Notes: generated by a model not told the origin, from the letters alone. A stretch of DNA of 64,000 bases from Promethearchaeota archaeon (GCA_019058445.1 JAHPZA010000004.1:1-64000), one strand, 5' to 3'; shown: positions 8,846 through 19,649, counted from the first letter of the stretch. Numbers and translations are program-made.

Positions 8846-10735
8846 ATGAATGAACATAAACAAGATTTTAATAACTCAAAAGAAAATTTAGATAGAAATG
8901 AAGATCCCTTTCAAATTATTGTAGATAACGCAAATGAGGGTTTTATTATAACTGATTCAAGAGGTAATATCCTCTATTGTAATAAAGGAACTTCAATTTT
9001 AATTGGATATGATAATAATGAATTATTAGGAATGAACTTCGAAAATTTATTGCATCCAGATGAGGTCACAAAGGTAACCAATACATTTAAAAATAGGGTT
9101 GTGGGAGATAACCAAACAAATCGATATGAAACCATTTTTCTTAGCAAAAATAAGAAGGAAATACCTGTAGAATACAGTATAACAGAAATAATCTGGAAAG
9201 GCGTGAAAAACATTTTAATAACTATATGTGATATTTCTGATCGAAAAGAAGCTCAAAAAGCACTAATTGATAGTGAGAAATTATTAGATGATATACTCAC
9301 AGCATCTTCGGTAGGAATTGCTTATTCAGTTGATAGAAAGATAATATGGGCAAATGAATCAATGGTCAAATTATTTGGTTTTGAAAGTGAAGAAATGTAT
9401 AAAAACAAAGATACTCGGATTCTATATCCTAATGAAAATGAATATACACGAGTTGGGAAAATAACATATGAACAATTAACCTCAACAGGCAAAGTTGAAC
9501 TCGATGCGAAATTACAGCGGAGGGATGGCTCGATTTTTGATGCCCATATAAGAGTAAATCTTCTTAAGCCAGATGAACCCAAAAAAGGAATGATTGTAAG
9601 TATTATAGATATCACCAAACGAAAACAAGCAGAATTAAAATTAAAAGAATCTGAAAAGAGGTTCAGAGCTTTATACGAAAATATTGCTGGAGGAACACTC
9701 ATTATAGGAAATGATTATCGTATTAAAGATGTAAATGATCGTACATGTGAAATTACAGGATATACTAAAGATGAACTCATCGGGCAATTATGTGATATTG
9801 TGTGCCCAAAAGGTTCAGCATCTGAATCGTGCCCAATATGGGAAGAAAATCTTGATGAATTTAAAGGTATGGATACAGCCATTAAATGTAAGAATAGAAA
9901 GAAAAATCCTATATTAAAAAATGCAAAAAGAATCAAAATTGAAAATGAAAGTTATATATTAGAGAATTTTCAGGATATTTCTGAGAGGAAAAGAACTGAA
10001 GAAATGTTAAGAGAATCTGAAATCAAATATCGAGAAGCTTACAATAAATCAGACTTTTATAAAGATCTGTTAGCTCACGATATGGGGAATATTTTAAGTA
10101 ACATCATGTCTTCCATACAATTAATAGAAATATCAAGAAATAAAGCGGAAGATGATGAAATAAAAGAAAAATTACTAAAACTTATTAAAACACAGGTTCA
10201 GCGAGGGGCTTCTTTAATCTCAAATGTTAGAAAACTCTCATTTTTGGAGGAAAAAGAAGTAAGTATAAAAAATATTGAAATTACTAGTCTACTCGAAAAC
10301 GCCATCGAGTTAATTCGTTCTAGATTTAATCAAAGCAATGTCAAAATAAAAATTGACACGCCACAAAAAGGAATTAAGGTCAAGGGAGGTGATCTTCTTC
10401 TTGATGTTTTTGAAAACATCCTAATTAACGCAATTATTCATAATCACAATGATATAAAGAAAATATGGATAGAAGTATTTCCAATTAAAAAAGATAAAGA
10501 GAAATATGTAAGATTAGAATTTAAAGACAACGCTGTAGGAATAATTGATGATAGAAAAACTGAAATCTTTGAAAGGAGTTATAAAAAAGATAAAAGTACT
10601 GGTGGAATGGGGATAGGGCTCTCACTTGTGAAAATGATAATCGATGGATATGACGGAAAAATATGGGTAGAGGATCGGATAGAGGGAGATCATACAAAAG
10701 GAAGCAACTTCATTATTCTTCTTAAAGAGGTCTAG
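8846..10735 (+). CDS. Cytoplasmic PAS-domain sensor histidine kinase (three PAS)
   Basis: Three PAS/PAC units each ending in DI(S/T); H-box AHDMGN, N-box NILINAIIH, DNAVGI, GMGIGL. Confidence 0.93.
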   Translation: MNEHKQDFNNSKENLDRNEDPFQIIVDNANEGFIITDSRGNILYCNKGTSILIGYDNNELLGMNFENLLHPDEVTKVTNTFKNRVVGDNQTNRYETIFLSKNKKEIPVEYSITEIIWKGVKNILITICDISDRKEAQKALIDSEKLLDDILTASSVGIAYSVDRKIIWANESMVKLFGFESEEMYKNKDTRILYPNENEYTRVGKITYEQLTSTGKVELDAKLQRRDGSIFDAHIRVNLLKPDEPKKGMIVSIIDITKRKQAELKLKESEKRFRALYENIAGGTLIIGNDYRIKDVNDRTCEITGYTKDELIGQLCDIVCPKGSASESCPIWEENLDEFKGMDTAIKCKNRKKNPILKNAKRIKIENESYILENFQDISERKRTEEMLRESEIKYREAYNKSDFYKDLLAHDMGNILSNIMSSIQLIEISRNKAEDDEIKEKLLKLIKTQVQRGASLISNVRKLSFLEEKEVSIKNIEITSLLENAIELIRSRFNQSNVKIKIDTPQKGIKVKGGDLLLDVFENILINAIIHNHNDIKKIWIEVFPIKKDKEKYVRLEFKDNAVGIIDDRKTEIFERSYKKDKSTGGMGIGLSLVKMIIDGYDGKIWVEDRIEGDHTKGSNFIILLKEV

Positions 10736-10776
10736 GCCATCATTTAAAGCTCATTGTTGAACATAATGAAGCCTTG

Positions 10777-10815
10777 CCTTATGGAAGGCAAACTTTTCAT
10801 AATTTCTTAGAACTT
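10777..10815 (+). repeat. Dispersed repeat, copy 4
   Basis: ccttATGGAAGGCAAACTTTTCATAATTTCTTAGAACTT; same length and ends as copy 1, divergent centre. Confidence 0.55.
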
Positions 10816-10971
10816 AGAATTAGAGAGTAATTAGAAAAATATGTTTTTTCTTGTTTTATTGACAATACAAATTCCATCAGTAATATAAAGCTTGTATAAT
10901 TGATTAATACATAAAACTCGGATTTTTAATAGATATTAAATATAGTTTTAGAGAAAAAATGGGGATATAAA

Positions 10972-11949
10972 TTGATTAGAAATCAAAAGCAGAAAGATAA
11001 TATTAAAAATAGAGACATCAGTCACCTAGATAGTAATAGCGTATTAAAGCGAAATATGAATAACTTGAATTTCCATATTAAAGCGATTCTATTTTTATCG
11101 AGTTTAATGATGATACTATGGATAGGAGTGTTAACTATTTTTAGATTTAGTTTTGCATCAAGCGCTTCATCCACATCTGATGGTTTAGAACAAATCTATC
11201 AGTTATTAATAGTGTTTTTTGTATGCAATGCAATCGTTTTTTGTTTGGTTTGGTTGGCAGAAAGGTCATTTATTTCAGGAAAATGGTTAGTGTTCATAAT
11301 ATTTTATTCTAGTTTTATGGTTGCTTTTTTTATGCCACAAATTGAAACAATGATGTTTAACGATTCAGTTCAAATGCCCTTATGGATAATATATAGTGCG
11401 ATTTTTTCTGGATTGGTAGCTTGTTCTATTATAGCAATCTTATTAGTTAGAATGTATGGTAAATATGAAAACAATAATGAACACTTTGTTTCATCTTTAT
11501 GGGATGGAAACAAAACTGAATTATTATGGAAATTTAGTATATTAGCTGTAATTTATGCAGGATTTTATTTTTTCTTTGGATATTATATTGCCTGGCAATT
11601 CCCCGAATTAAGATTTTATTATTCTGGTACTACAGAACTAAAGGGCTTTTTTGAGCAGTGGGAATACTCTTTTTCCCAGAAACCTATTCTACCCTTTTTC
11701 CAAATAATGCGAGGTTTTCTATGGGCTTCCGTTGGATTTTTTACAACTAGAGCACTAAAAAAAGACGTCAATTGGGAAAGTTATATTATTGTAGGCTTGA
11801 TTTTAAGCATAGGTTTAAGCTTTCAATTACTAATCCCAAATCCATATATCCCAGCATCAGTAAGAATAGGTCATTTTTATGAAGCATTAATTGAAAATTT
11901 TTTATTTGGCGTAATAGCAGCAATTATGTTCAAGCAAAAAGAAATATGA
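10972..11949 (+). CDS. Hypothetical multi-pass membrane protein
   Basis: About 8 hydrophobic helices; true start may be the ATG at 11056. Confidence 0.7.
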   Translation: MIRNQKQKDNIKNRDISHLDSNSVLKRNMNNLNFHIKAILFLSSLMMILWIGVLTIFRFSFASSASSTSDGLEQIYQLLIVFFVCNAIVFCLVWLAERSFISGKWLVFIIFYSSFMVAFFMPQIETMMFNDSVQMPLWIIYSAIFSGLVACSIIAILLVRMYGKYENNNEHFVSSLWDGNKTELLWKFSILAVIYAGFYFFFGYYIAWQFPELRFYYSGTTELKGFFEQWEYSFSQKPILPFFQIMRGFLWASVGFFTTRALKKDVNWESYIIVGLILSIGLSFQLLIPNPYIPASVRIGHFYEALIENFLFGVIAAIMFKQKEI

Positions 11950-12012
11950 GCTTTATTTTGTTCTTAAATCAAAAAATAATTAAAGAAATATAAATTTATG
12001 GAGGAATAGAAA

Positions 12013-12414
12013 ATGAAATCAATTACTATTAAAAAAGCGTCTATATTAGCAACTATAATCTTTATTGGGATGATATGTTTTCAACTTCTACTAGCTCTTG
12101 GCTTTCCAATTGGACATTTAGCCTGGGGAGGTCAATATAAGGTATTGCCCATTGAATTGAGAATAGCAAGTTTAGTTGCGGTCGCAGTTTTTGTAATTGC
12201 TTCGATTTTAGTAATGTCGCGAGCAGAGATAATAAAAATCATTGAAAAACCAAAATTTCTCAAGTCCAGTGTTTTAATTTTAGCAATATATTTTGCGTTT
12301 AACGTTTTTCTAAACCTATTAACAGAAAATTTTTGGGAAATGCTTATTATGATGCCAGTTTCACTTATCTTAAGTATATTATGTTTTATAGTAGCATTGG
12401 GACCGGATTCTTAA
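12013..12414 (+). CDS. Hypothetical 4-TM membrane protein
   Basis: GGAGG SD; LGFPIGHLAWGG motif; four hydrophobic segments. Confidence 0.75.
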   Translation: MKSITIKKASILATIIFIGMICFQLLLALGFPIGHLAWGGQYKVLPIELRIASLVAVAVFVIASILVMSRAEIIKIIEKPKFLKSSVLILAIYFAFNVFLNLLTENFWEMLIMMPVSLILSILCFIVALGPDS

Positions 12415-12463
12415 AGTATCTTATTTTTTAGAATTAAAATTTATAAAATATATTAATATAATT

Positions 12464-13183
12464 ATGTGTTTTGAAGAAATAAGCGTATGTCCTGAATGTG
12501 GTACTCCAGTTGGTTATAAAGGGGTAGTAAACAAATTATATAATTTTTTATGTTCCAAATGTGGATGGGAAGGATCTAATTTTAAGACAAAGAAAATTAA
12601 AACTGATTTTAGACATCGGGCAAAACCGTGTCATGACTGTGGAATAGTTGAAGGAGAACTACATAAGGAAAATTGTGATATGGAGGTTTGCCCTTTTTGT
12701 GGGCTTCAACTGTTAACATGTGGTTGTAAGTACACAGAAATCGGCTACGATGCTGATGATCTCCCTGAAGACATCTTTAACGATGGTTTAGATGATGTAG
12801 ATTATAGTAAATGGAAAAAGAGACTACAAGAAAAAGGAAGGATTCCTTACATATTTTTTCCTAATATTTGTGATAAATGTGGAGTTTTATGGCCAATATA
12901 TATAAATATACCTCCTAAAGATCTTATGAAATATACTTTTATTGACGGAAAGCGGAAGTTATTTTGTAGAGAATGTTATAAAGAAATAAAGAGTATGATC
13001 GATAAGGGGAAAAAAGATAATATAAAATTGCCAGAGATGTGTTATTATTGTGGATTCATGGGTAATGATTTAAAAAAGATAAATGATGAGAATTGGACTA
13101 ATAAAATTGAGCCTAGGATGAGAGATAAAACCCTCTGCTCAAAGTGTTATATTAGAATTGACTCACTCTTAAATGATAATTAA
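12464..13183 (+). CDS. Cys-rich multi-zinc-finger protein
   Basis: Eight CxxC pairs (CPEC, CSKC, CHDC, CPFC, CDKC, CREC, CYYC, CSKC) plus additional Cys/His. Confidence 0.75.
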   Translation: MCFEEISVCPECGTPVGYKGVVNKLYNFLCSKCGWEGSNFKTKKIKTDFRHRAKPCHDCGIVEGELHKENCDMEVCPFCGLQLLTCGCKYTEIGYDADDLPEDIFNDGLDDVDYSKWKKRLQEKGRIPYIFFPNICDKCGVLWPIYINIPPKDLMKYTFIDGKRKLFCRECYKEIKSMIDKGKKDNIKLPEMCYYCGFMGNDLKKINDENWTNKIEPRMRDKTLCSKCYIRIDSLLNDN

Positions 13184-13283
13184 TATTCTAAGGTAAAATT
13201 TTTAAATAAATTAGACCTTAATGATAAACACTGCTCTTTAAAGAAAGTTCTAACATATTGTGTAAGATTAGGAGTAAAATTTA

Positions 13284-13988
13284 ATGAAAGATGCTGACAA
13301 GATCAAGAAAACTGAAGATATTAAAGACCATTTTGAAGAAATATCAGAACGGTATGATAAAGTTATTTTAAAGAATATTCCTTTTTATGATGAATTTTTA
13401 GATACAATGGTTAGTGTAATACCATTTGAGACAGATAAGAAGTTAAATGCCATAGATTTAGGTTGCGGTACCGGAAATCTTACAAAAAGAATTAAGCAAA
13501 ATTATCCGTATGCGAAAATTATATGTATAGATATCTCTCCAAACATGTTAGAGGTTGCAAAATTTAAGTTAAAGGAATATCAAGATATTAAATATTTTGT
13601 GAAAGATTTTTACGATTTAAAATTCGAAAATCAGTATGATGTCGTTCTATCTTCTTTTTCTTTACATCATCTCATAACTGATGAAGATAAAATAAATTTT
13701 TATCAGAAAATCTATAATAGTTTAAATGAGGGTAGTATTTTCTTTAACTTAGACGTGGTATTAGGATCTAACGAACATATCCAAAATTACTACATGGAAG
13801 CATGGAAGAAATATTTAAGAAAAGACTATTCAAAGACTGAAGTACAAACGATTTTAAAGCAATATTATTATGAGGATAGTCCTGCGAAATTGACTGATCA
13901 ATTAAAATGGCTTGAAAATATTGGATTTAAAAGTGTAGATGTAATTAGGAAGTATTTTAATTTTGCGATTTATGGTGGCATAAAATGA
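13284..13988 (+). CDS. Class I SAM-dependent methyltransferase (CmoA-like)
   Basis: IDLGCGTG, IDISPNML, SSFSLHHL. Confidence 0.9.
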   Translation: MKDADKIKKTEDIKDHFEEISERYDKVILKNIPFYDEFLDTMVSVIPFETDKKLNAIDLGCGTGNLTKRIKQNYPYAKIICIDISPNMLEVAKFKLKEYQDIKYFVKDFYDLKFENQYDVVLSSFSLHHLITDEDKINFYQKIYNSLNEGSIFFNLDVVLGSNEHIQNYYMEAWKKYLRKDYSKTEVQTILKQYYYEDSPAKLTDQLKWLENIGFKSVDVIRKYFNFAIYGGIK

Positions 13989-14059
13989 GATGTGGGGAAT
14001 AAAAGCAAAACATAAGTTAAATAAAAATTTTTATTAATGTAGATAAAAAATTTAAAATA

Positions 14060-14359
14060 TTGTGGTTAGCTTTGGAAAAGACTGTGCTTCGAGTCATTTT
14101 AAACGAAAATGAAAACAATTTTTGTGCAAAATGCTGTAAAACCAAACAAGTTATAGAACGAATGTTTGAGGCTTTTCCAGAATTTAAAGAAAAAATTGAG
14201 ATACAATATTGGGATATAAGTTCAGATCAAATTATCAAGGAGTATGGAGAATTAACAGCACCTGTAATAATATTAAATGACTTTATTTTTTCAGAAGGTC
14301 ATGTTCCAATTATTAAAAAATTATGTCGAAAAATAATGAATTCTATTAAAGACGCGTAA
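14060..14359 (+). CDS. Small thioredoxin-fold protein
   Basis: FCAKC CxxC, cis-Pro-type TAPVIILN, EGHVP. Confidence 0.65.
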   Translation: MWLALEKTVLRVILNENENNFCAKCCKTKQVIERMFEAFPEFKEKIEIQYWDISSDQIIKEYGELTAPVIILNDFIFSEGHVPIIKKLCRKIMNSIKDA

Positions 14360-14520
14360 ATTTTAATAGATTTAACCATAATTGAATAATTTGATAAATA
14401 AATAGCAAAAACGATTTAATATCTAAATAGATCTGCAATTTCTGCATTTTTTCTGGCTCAATCCAATATCCTTAAATTAATACATTCGAAATAAAAAATA
14501 TTCATATTAAGTGTAATATC

Positions 14521-15153
14521 ATGTCAGAAAAAAAAAATAAAATTAAGGAACACAATTTTGAAGGAGAATTAGATTATAAGATCGAAAATGTGGTTGCCAC
14601 AGTTGAAGTAGAAATTACAGAAAAGATAGATCTTAACCAAATTACCCGTAAACAAGTAGATGCAGAATATAATCCTGAAAGGTTTCCAGGACTCGTTATG
14701 AGAATCACTGAACCTAAGGCAACATTTCTTATCTTCTCTACGGGAAAGATGGTTGTTACAGGGCTTCGAAGAGCAGATGAGGCAAGTCCTGGAGTAGAAA
14801 AAGTAATGAAAAAAATAAAAAAAGCAGGAATTAATGTGGCAAATCCAAAAATCACGATTCAGAATATTGTCGCAAGCGGAGATTTACACACAAACATAGA
14901 TTTAAACATGGCTGCGATTATAATGGAATATGCCATGTATGAGCCAGAAGTATTCCCAGGGTTAATATATCGCATGCAAGAGCCAAGAACAGTTTTTTTA
15001 ATCTTCTCTACAGGAAGAATAGTCTGCACTGGAGCTAAGAATAAGGAAGAAGTAAGAGAGGCGGTTTTAAAATTAAATTATCAAGTACGCGAATTAGGCG
15101 TAGCTAAAAATAATCTTGCCGACACGGAATATGAAGATATTTCATTTTTTTAA
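14521..15153 (+). CDS. tbp: TATA-box-binding protein
   Basis: Two repeats: IENVVA...YNPERFPGL...LIFSTGKMVVTG and IQNIVA...YEPEVFPGL...LIFSTGRIVCTG; acidic tail. Confidence 0.98.
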   Translation: MSEKKNKIKEHNFEGELDYKIENVVATVEVEITEKIDLNQITRKQVDAEYNPERFPGLVMRITEPKATFLIFSTGKMVVTGLRRADEASPGVEKVMKKIKKAGINVANPKITIQNIVASGDLHTNIDLNMAAIIMEYAMYEPEVFPGLIYRMQEPRTVFLIFSTGRIVCTGAKNKEEVREAVLKLNYQVRELGVAKNNLADTEYEDISFF

Positions 15154-15190
15154 TTGTGCCCGATTGGTATTTACAAATTAGTTAATGAAA

Positions 15191-17683
15191 CTAACCTATA
15201 AATCTTGTTTGTACTTGTTCATATAAATTCTGCTTGTATACAGTTCTTAAACCGATAAACGAGCCCAATAAATATAGAAATAGAGGTGGTATTGTAATCA
15301 GTAAGATAGCTGGAACCCCGACAATTACTTCTATGGCAAAATCCGCTGCATAAACTTGTCCCATTTCTAGGGTTAAGGGATATGTAAATATAATAGCAAA
15401 TAAGATTGGAATTAGACCTTGTAATATGTTTTCAATTAATATAATTTTAAAAATACTTTTCTTTGAATATCCTAAGGATCTTAAAATGCCATATTCATAA
15501 TTCTTATCATAAATATTCATTACAGAGTTATAAAATACAATGAAAAAAGAGACTAACAAGGTGTAAAAAACAATTACGTATAACACAACAGCATAGTTAT
15601 TTATAAACTCAACAGCTTTTTCATTCATTACTTCCGCATCAAATATAACTTCAACATTATCAAATTTATATAACTCATCTATGATTTTTTCTTTATCAGC
15701 GTTATCATCCAACAGAATATAAATTCCATCAATGAAATTAGAATTGTTATAAAAAATCTTTTGTCCCGCGTTCAAGGTAACATAGGGAGTAACTACTAAT
15801 TCGTTATGGATTCCAACTATTTTAAATTTAAATTCTTCATTGGCAGAATTCTTAATAGTTAATTTATCTCCGAGTTTTTTATCAAGTTTATTTGCATGTA
15901 CCGAAGATATCACGATTTCATTATCATTTTTAGGTGCCCTGTTTTGTTGCGTTTCGCTTTGCCAATGAAACTGATGAAATTTTTTATTCTTTATATCCAT
16001 ACCCTGCAATATAACATTCTGATCTTCTTTATCTCCTTTTGCTTTTGCTAAGATTAATCCTTTTGTGTAAACCTTGATGTCATTAATCCCATCAATATTA
16101 TCGATATCGTTAACGATATTATCTTGACTCGAATAATTAACGCTTGTTTGAAATAGGACGTCTAAATCCCACCTTTCGCTCGTTTCAATGTTATTATTAT
16201 TATTTCTGAATGTTCTATCTACATTATAATACATCGAATCAAGTAGGCTCTCAGTAGCAGACACAATTAAAAGCGAAAAGGTCATTGCTATTACGGTAAA
16301 AGCAATCCTCTTAGGATTTCTGAACACATTTCTAAATACCAACCTACTTTCTATATTTCTAGAATTAGAGCTTTCTTTAACTTTTTTAATTTTTCTAGTG
16401 GTCTCTTTTTGCTCATAGATTAATTCCGCGATTATCTGTTTATTTATTTTTATTATAGAGAAGAAAGTGCTAAGAAACATCAGCAATCCACCAACAATCA
16501 AGCCAAGCAGTAATACATCCGGCAGAAATATGAGAGGGAAATCAAGAACTGATAAATTTGTAATTTCGGCAAACATTACATTTATCATTAAATACCCCAA
16601 TCCAAAACCTAGCATAATTCCCAAGGGAATTGAGATTACAGATATAACCATGACATTGAATAAAAAATATTTAAAAATATCTTTTCGAGTATAACCGAGT
16701 CCTAATAAAATACCAATTTGTTGCTTTTGACTATTCACATATCTATTAAAGATGATATACACAATAATTCCTCCAAGGAATGCCATAAAAAATAATAATA
16801 TTAAAAATATTTCACCCGTATCCTGGACGTCAGATTTCATTAATGAATAGGCGTAAGAATCTTCAAAATTCTCAGATTTCTCTATTTCTACATTACATAC
16901 TTCCTGGAGGTAATTCTCTACTTCGTCATTACCATCAGTGACGTCGTCTTTAAAGGTTACAGCAATATTGTTATAATCAACCAGCTTATAATAATTAATC
17001 AAATCAGTATAATCATCTGGAGTGGAGGCATTTAAACCTATAAAATATTGAATTATATAATTTTTTAATGTATTTTTAGCAAGAAAAATGACTCCCATGG
17101 ATCCTTCTACTGGAAATAAGTATTCAGGATTAGAAGTCATAAATATAAACTCAGGCGCATTACAAGTCCCATATATTTTTAATTTCGCATTATTCAAACC
17201 ATCAATTTCAATTTTATCGCCAACATCTATATTATTTTTAGTGGCATATACATCATCAATCACCGCGCTTATATTATCATCTTTATCAAAATTCTCTCCC
17301 GATATTATATTATAATCATATACTTCAGGTTCTTCTAATTCCGAGTCTAAACCTACAAGCAATACATACTTTCTTTCTTTTTGATCAGGAAATTGTAACG
17401 ATGCGGTCCATAAGAGTCTCCCCGTATACTCATCAACTTCTTCTAAAGAACCTAATCCATCTAATTGTGCTTGAGTAATCCATGTCTCATCTGATAATTG
17501 ATATGTATAATCCGCATGATTTACATCTTCAAAATATAGGTCCATCATGGGGAGGGCTGCTTGAACTCCATAATATAATCCTAAACCTCCACCGAGAGAT
17601 AAAATAATTGTCCCAATAATGAGAGAGCTTCTCCAACCTAAATTTCTAAAATCTTTTATTGCTTTTTTTACGATTATATCCAT
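15191..17683 (-). CDS. MacB/FtsX-type ABC permease (tandem duplicated)
   Basis: Two FtsX-like units (QIGILLGLGYT, EYGILRSLGYS), each with a large extracytoplasmic domain. Confidence 0.9.
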   Translation of the reverse strand: MDIIVKKAIKDFRNLGWRSSLIIGTIILSLGGGLGLYYGVQAALPMMDLYFEDVNHADYTYQLSDETWITQAQLDGLGSLEEVDEYTGRLLWTASLQFPDQKERKYVLLVGLDSELEEPEVYDYNIISGENFDKDDNISAVIDDVYATKNNIDVGDKIEIDGLNNAKLKIYGTCNAPEFIFMTSNPEYLFPVEGSMGVIFLAKNTLKNYIIQYFIGLNASTPDDYTDLINYYKLVDYNNIAVTFKDDVTDGNDEVENYLQEVCNVEIEKSENFEDSYAYSLMKSDVQDTGEIFLILLFFMAFLGGIIVYIIFNRYVNSQKQQIGILLGLGYTRKDIFKYFLFNVMVISVISIPLGIMLGFGLGYLMINVMFAEITNLSVLDFPLIFLPDVLLLGLIVGGLLMFLSTFFSIIKINKQIIAELIYEQKETTRKIKKVKESSNSRNIESRLVFRNVFRNPKRIAFTVIAMTFSLLIVSATESLLDSMYYNVDRTFRNNNNNIETSERWDLDVLFQTSVNYSSQDNIVNDIDNIDGINDIKVYTKGLILAKAKGDKEDQNVILQGMDIKNKKFHQFHWQSETQQNRAPKNDNEIVISSVHANKLDKKLGDKLTIKNSANEEFKFKIVGIHNELVVTPYVTLNAGQKIFYNNSNFIDGIYILLDDNADKEKIIDELYKFDNVEVIFDAEVMNEKAVEFINNYAVVLYVIVFYTLLVSFFIVFYNSVMNIYDKNYEYGILRSLGYSKKSIFKIILIENILQGLIPILFAIIFTYPLTLEMGQVYAADFAIEVIVGVPAILLITIPPLFLYLLGSFIGLRTVYKQNLYEQVQTRFIG

Positions 17684-18424
17684 CTAATTTTTTACCTGAG
17701 AAATTTTGTCCAATAATCCATTTTTAATACGAATAATTCTTGTTGCAAACATTTGTGCAATAGATAAATTGTGCGTTACCAAAATAATTGTAATACCAAT
17801 TTCTTTGTTCAATTCCATCATTAAATTGAGAATCCTCTCTCCTGTATCAGTGTCTAAATTTCCAGTTGGTTCGTCACATAGTAATATAAATTCTTTGCCT
17901 ACGAATTGTATTTTTGCCAATGCCCTAGCAATAGCTACTCTTTGCTGTTCACCACCACTAAGTTGTGATGGATAATGATACAATCTGTTTCCTAAACCAA
18001 CCTTTTTTAAATATTCCTTGGCGATTTTATATATATCTAACTTTTCCTTACGTTTTTTATTAAGGATATTTATCCCTATAATTACATTATCTAATGCGGT
18101 TAATGAAGGAAAAAGATTAAAGAATTGAAAAATAAATCCAACTTTATCTCTTCGATAATCAGAAAACTGTTTTTGAGTATAATCTTTAATATTTTTTCTA
18201 AAAATGATTAATTGATCCCCATCTTCATCCGGAGGAGTAATTCCTCCTAAGAGATTTAAAAATGTTGTTTTACCTGACCCTGAGGGTCCTAATACTACAA
18301 CCCTTTCACCCATTTTAATCTTTAAATTTAAATTTATTAAGGCTTCAACTTCTACTTCTCCAGAAATATAAGTTTTTGAAATATTATGTAATTCTACAGC
18401 ATTAGTATTTTTTTCTGAGATCAT
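17684..18424 (-). CDS. ABC ATPase, LolD/MacB type
   Basis: GPSGSGKT, LSGGEQQRVAIARAL, LLCDEPTGNLD, VTH. Confidence 0.95.
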   Translation of the reverse strand: MISEKNTNAVELHNISKTYISGEVEVEALINLNLKIKMGERVVVLGPSGSGKTTFLNLLGGITPPDEDGDQLIIFRKNIKDYTQKQFSDYRRDKVGFIFQFFNLFPSLTALDNVIIGINILNKKRKEKLDIYKIAKEYLKKVGLGNRLYHYPSQLSGGEQQRVAIARALAKIQFVGKEFILLCDEPTGNLDTDTGERILNLMMELNKEIGITIILVTHNLSIAQMFATRIIRIKNGLLDKISQVKN

Positions 18425-18576
18425 TTTATGTAAAACAAAACTAAAAACTATTAACCTTTATCAATATTAAAAATGAATGAAAATTTATATTTAAGTGTAA
18501 AGCTTAATTTTTATAGACTTATTATCGGATTTGGATAAAACTTTTTATGATCTCATAATCTACAGTCATCAGATAA

Positions 18577-18595
18577 TTTACGGGTTTTTCGTAAA
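18577..18595 (+). promoter_or_regulatory. Putative operator (inverted repeat TTTACG-N7-CGTAAA)
   Basis: 35 bp upstream of the wHTH gene at 18631; 16/19 identical to the site upstream of the paralog at 48990. Confidence 0.65.
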
Positions 18596-18630
18596 ACATT
18601 TTTAAAGAGAAAAATAATACTATTTTATAA

Positions 18631-19509
18631 ATGATAAACAATAAGTGTTCCCAATTCGAAGAACTTTTAATATCAATCTCTTCAATTATTTCCTACAAAA
18701 TCTTAACGTTATATAGTTCAGATAATAAGGGCTGGAATCTTACGGATACCGCTCATAATTTACAATTACCTATTTCTACTATTCAAGATTATTTATTAAA
18801 ATTGTTGAATTCTAATTTAATCTATAAAAAAGCAAAATTATATTACATTTCAAATTTTGGTAGCTTCTTTTTGACAGAACTTCAAAATTTCGAGATTTTC
18901 AATAAATTTTGTCATATTTTTGGTAAGATTCCGGCTGAAATAATTCCATCTCGTTTCATTCATGAATTAATCCCATATTTAACCGATATCAAGATAGAAG
19001 AAACTTCATGGCATTTTATGACGGTTTTTAACGAAATGATGAATCATTTCAAAAATAGTTTGAATAGACCTGAAAATGCTTTTGATCTAAAAGTATTAGG
19101 TTGGTGGGATATTGATTTCGACTTTCATATGCTAAAAACTTATTTTAAAGATTTAGAGATGAATATTGAGTCAATGCAAAGATTTTTTAAAAATTCAAAT
19201 CTTAATATCAGAGTAATTTCACATAAAAAAATTGTAGATGAAATCAAAGCAGATAAATCATTAGTAGAATTAATGAAACATTTTAATTTGTTTGATGGTT
19301 TTAGAATTTTTGATATAGAAAGCTTTAATTTTACATTTCTCAAATATAATCAAAAAATTAGTCTTTTTTTAGTCAAAGATAATGATATAGATGCTAAACA
19401 TCATATTTTTTTTGAAAACAATTCAGGTATGAATAAATTTTTTGATGATCTTTTTCATTATTATTGGAAAAGATCAATTCCAATTACTGAATTTTTAAAG
19501 AGCTATTAG
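18631..19509 (+). CDS. wHTH regulator with DUF1724-like C-terminal domain
   Basis: LTDTAHNLQLPISTIQDYLLKL HTH; IPSRFIHEL linker; C-terminal FHYYWKRS. Confidence 0.7.
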   Translation: MINNKCSQFEELLISISSIISYKILTLYSSDNKGWNLTDTAHNLQLPISTIQDYLLKLLNSNLIYKKAKLYYISNFGSFFLTELQNFEIFNKFCHIFGKIPAEIIPSRFIHELIPYLTDIKIEETSWHFMTVFNEMMNHFKNSLNRPENAFDLKVLGWWDIDFDFHMLKTYFKDLEMNIESMQRFFKNSNLNIRVISHKKIVDEIKADKSLVELMKHFNLFDGFRIFDIESFNFTFLKYNQKISLFLVKDNDIDAKHHIFFENNSGMNKFFDDLFHYYWKRSIPITEFLKSY

Positions 19510-19517
19510 TTATTTCA

Positions 19518-19649
19518 CAATACTCAAATGTGTTCACTATATTCCGTCTTTATATTTCAAATTTTTAACGCCTTAACTATTATTTCTCCAGAAATATATG
19601 TTTTTGTAATATTCGCCATTTTATTAAAATTAGTTTTTCTTTCCGTCAA
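19518..19649 (-). pseudogene. Decayed 5' fragment of an ABC ATPase paralogous to 17684-18424
   Basis: LTERKTNFNKMANITKTYISGEIIVKALKI*NIKTEYSEHI*VL aligns without gaps to ISEKNTNAVELHNISKTYISGEVEVEALINLNLKIKMGERVVVL. Confidence 0.75.

Noticed and set aside
707-10815. Dispersed repeat as a CRISPR array or integron attC sites
   Set aside because: Copies are about 1 to 6 kb apart and diverged; no RYYYAAC/GTTRRRY ends; no integrase in the window.
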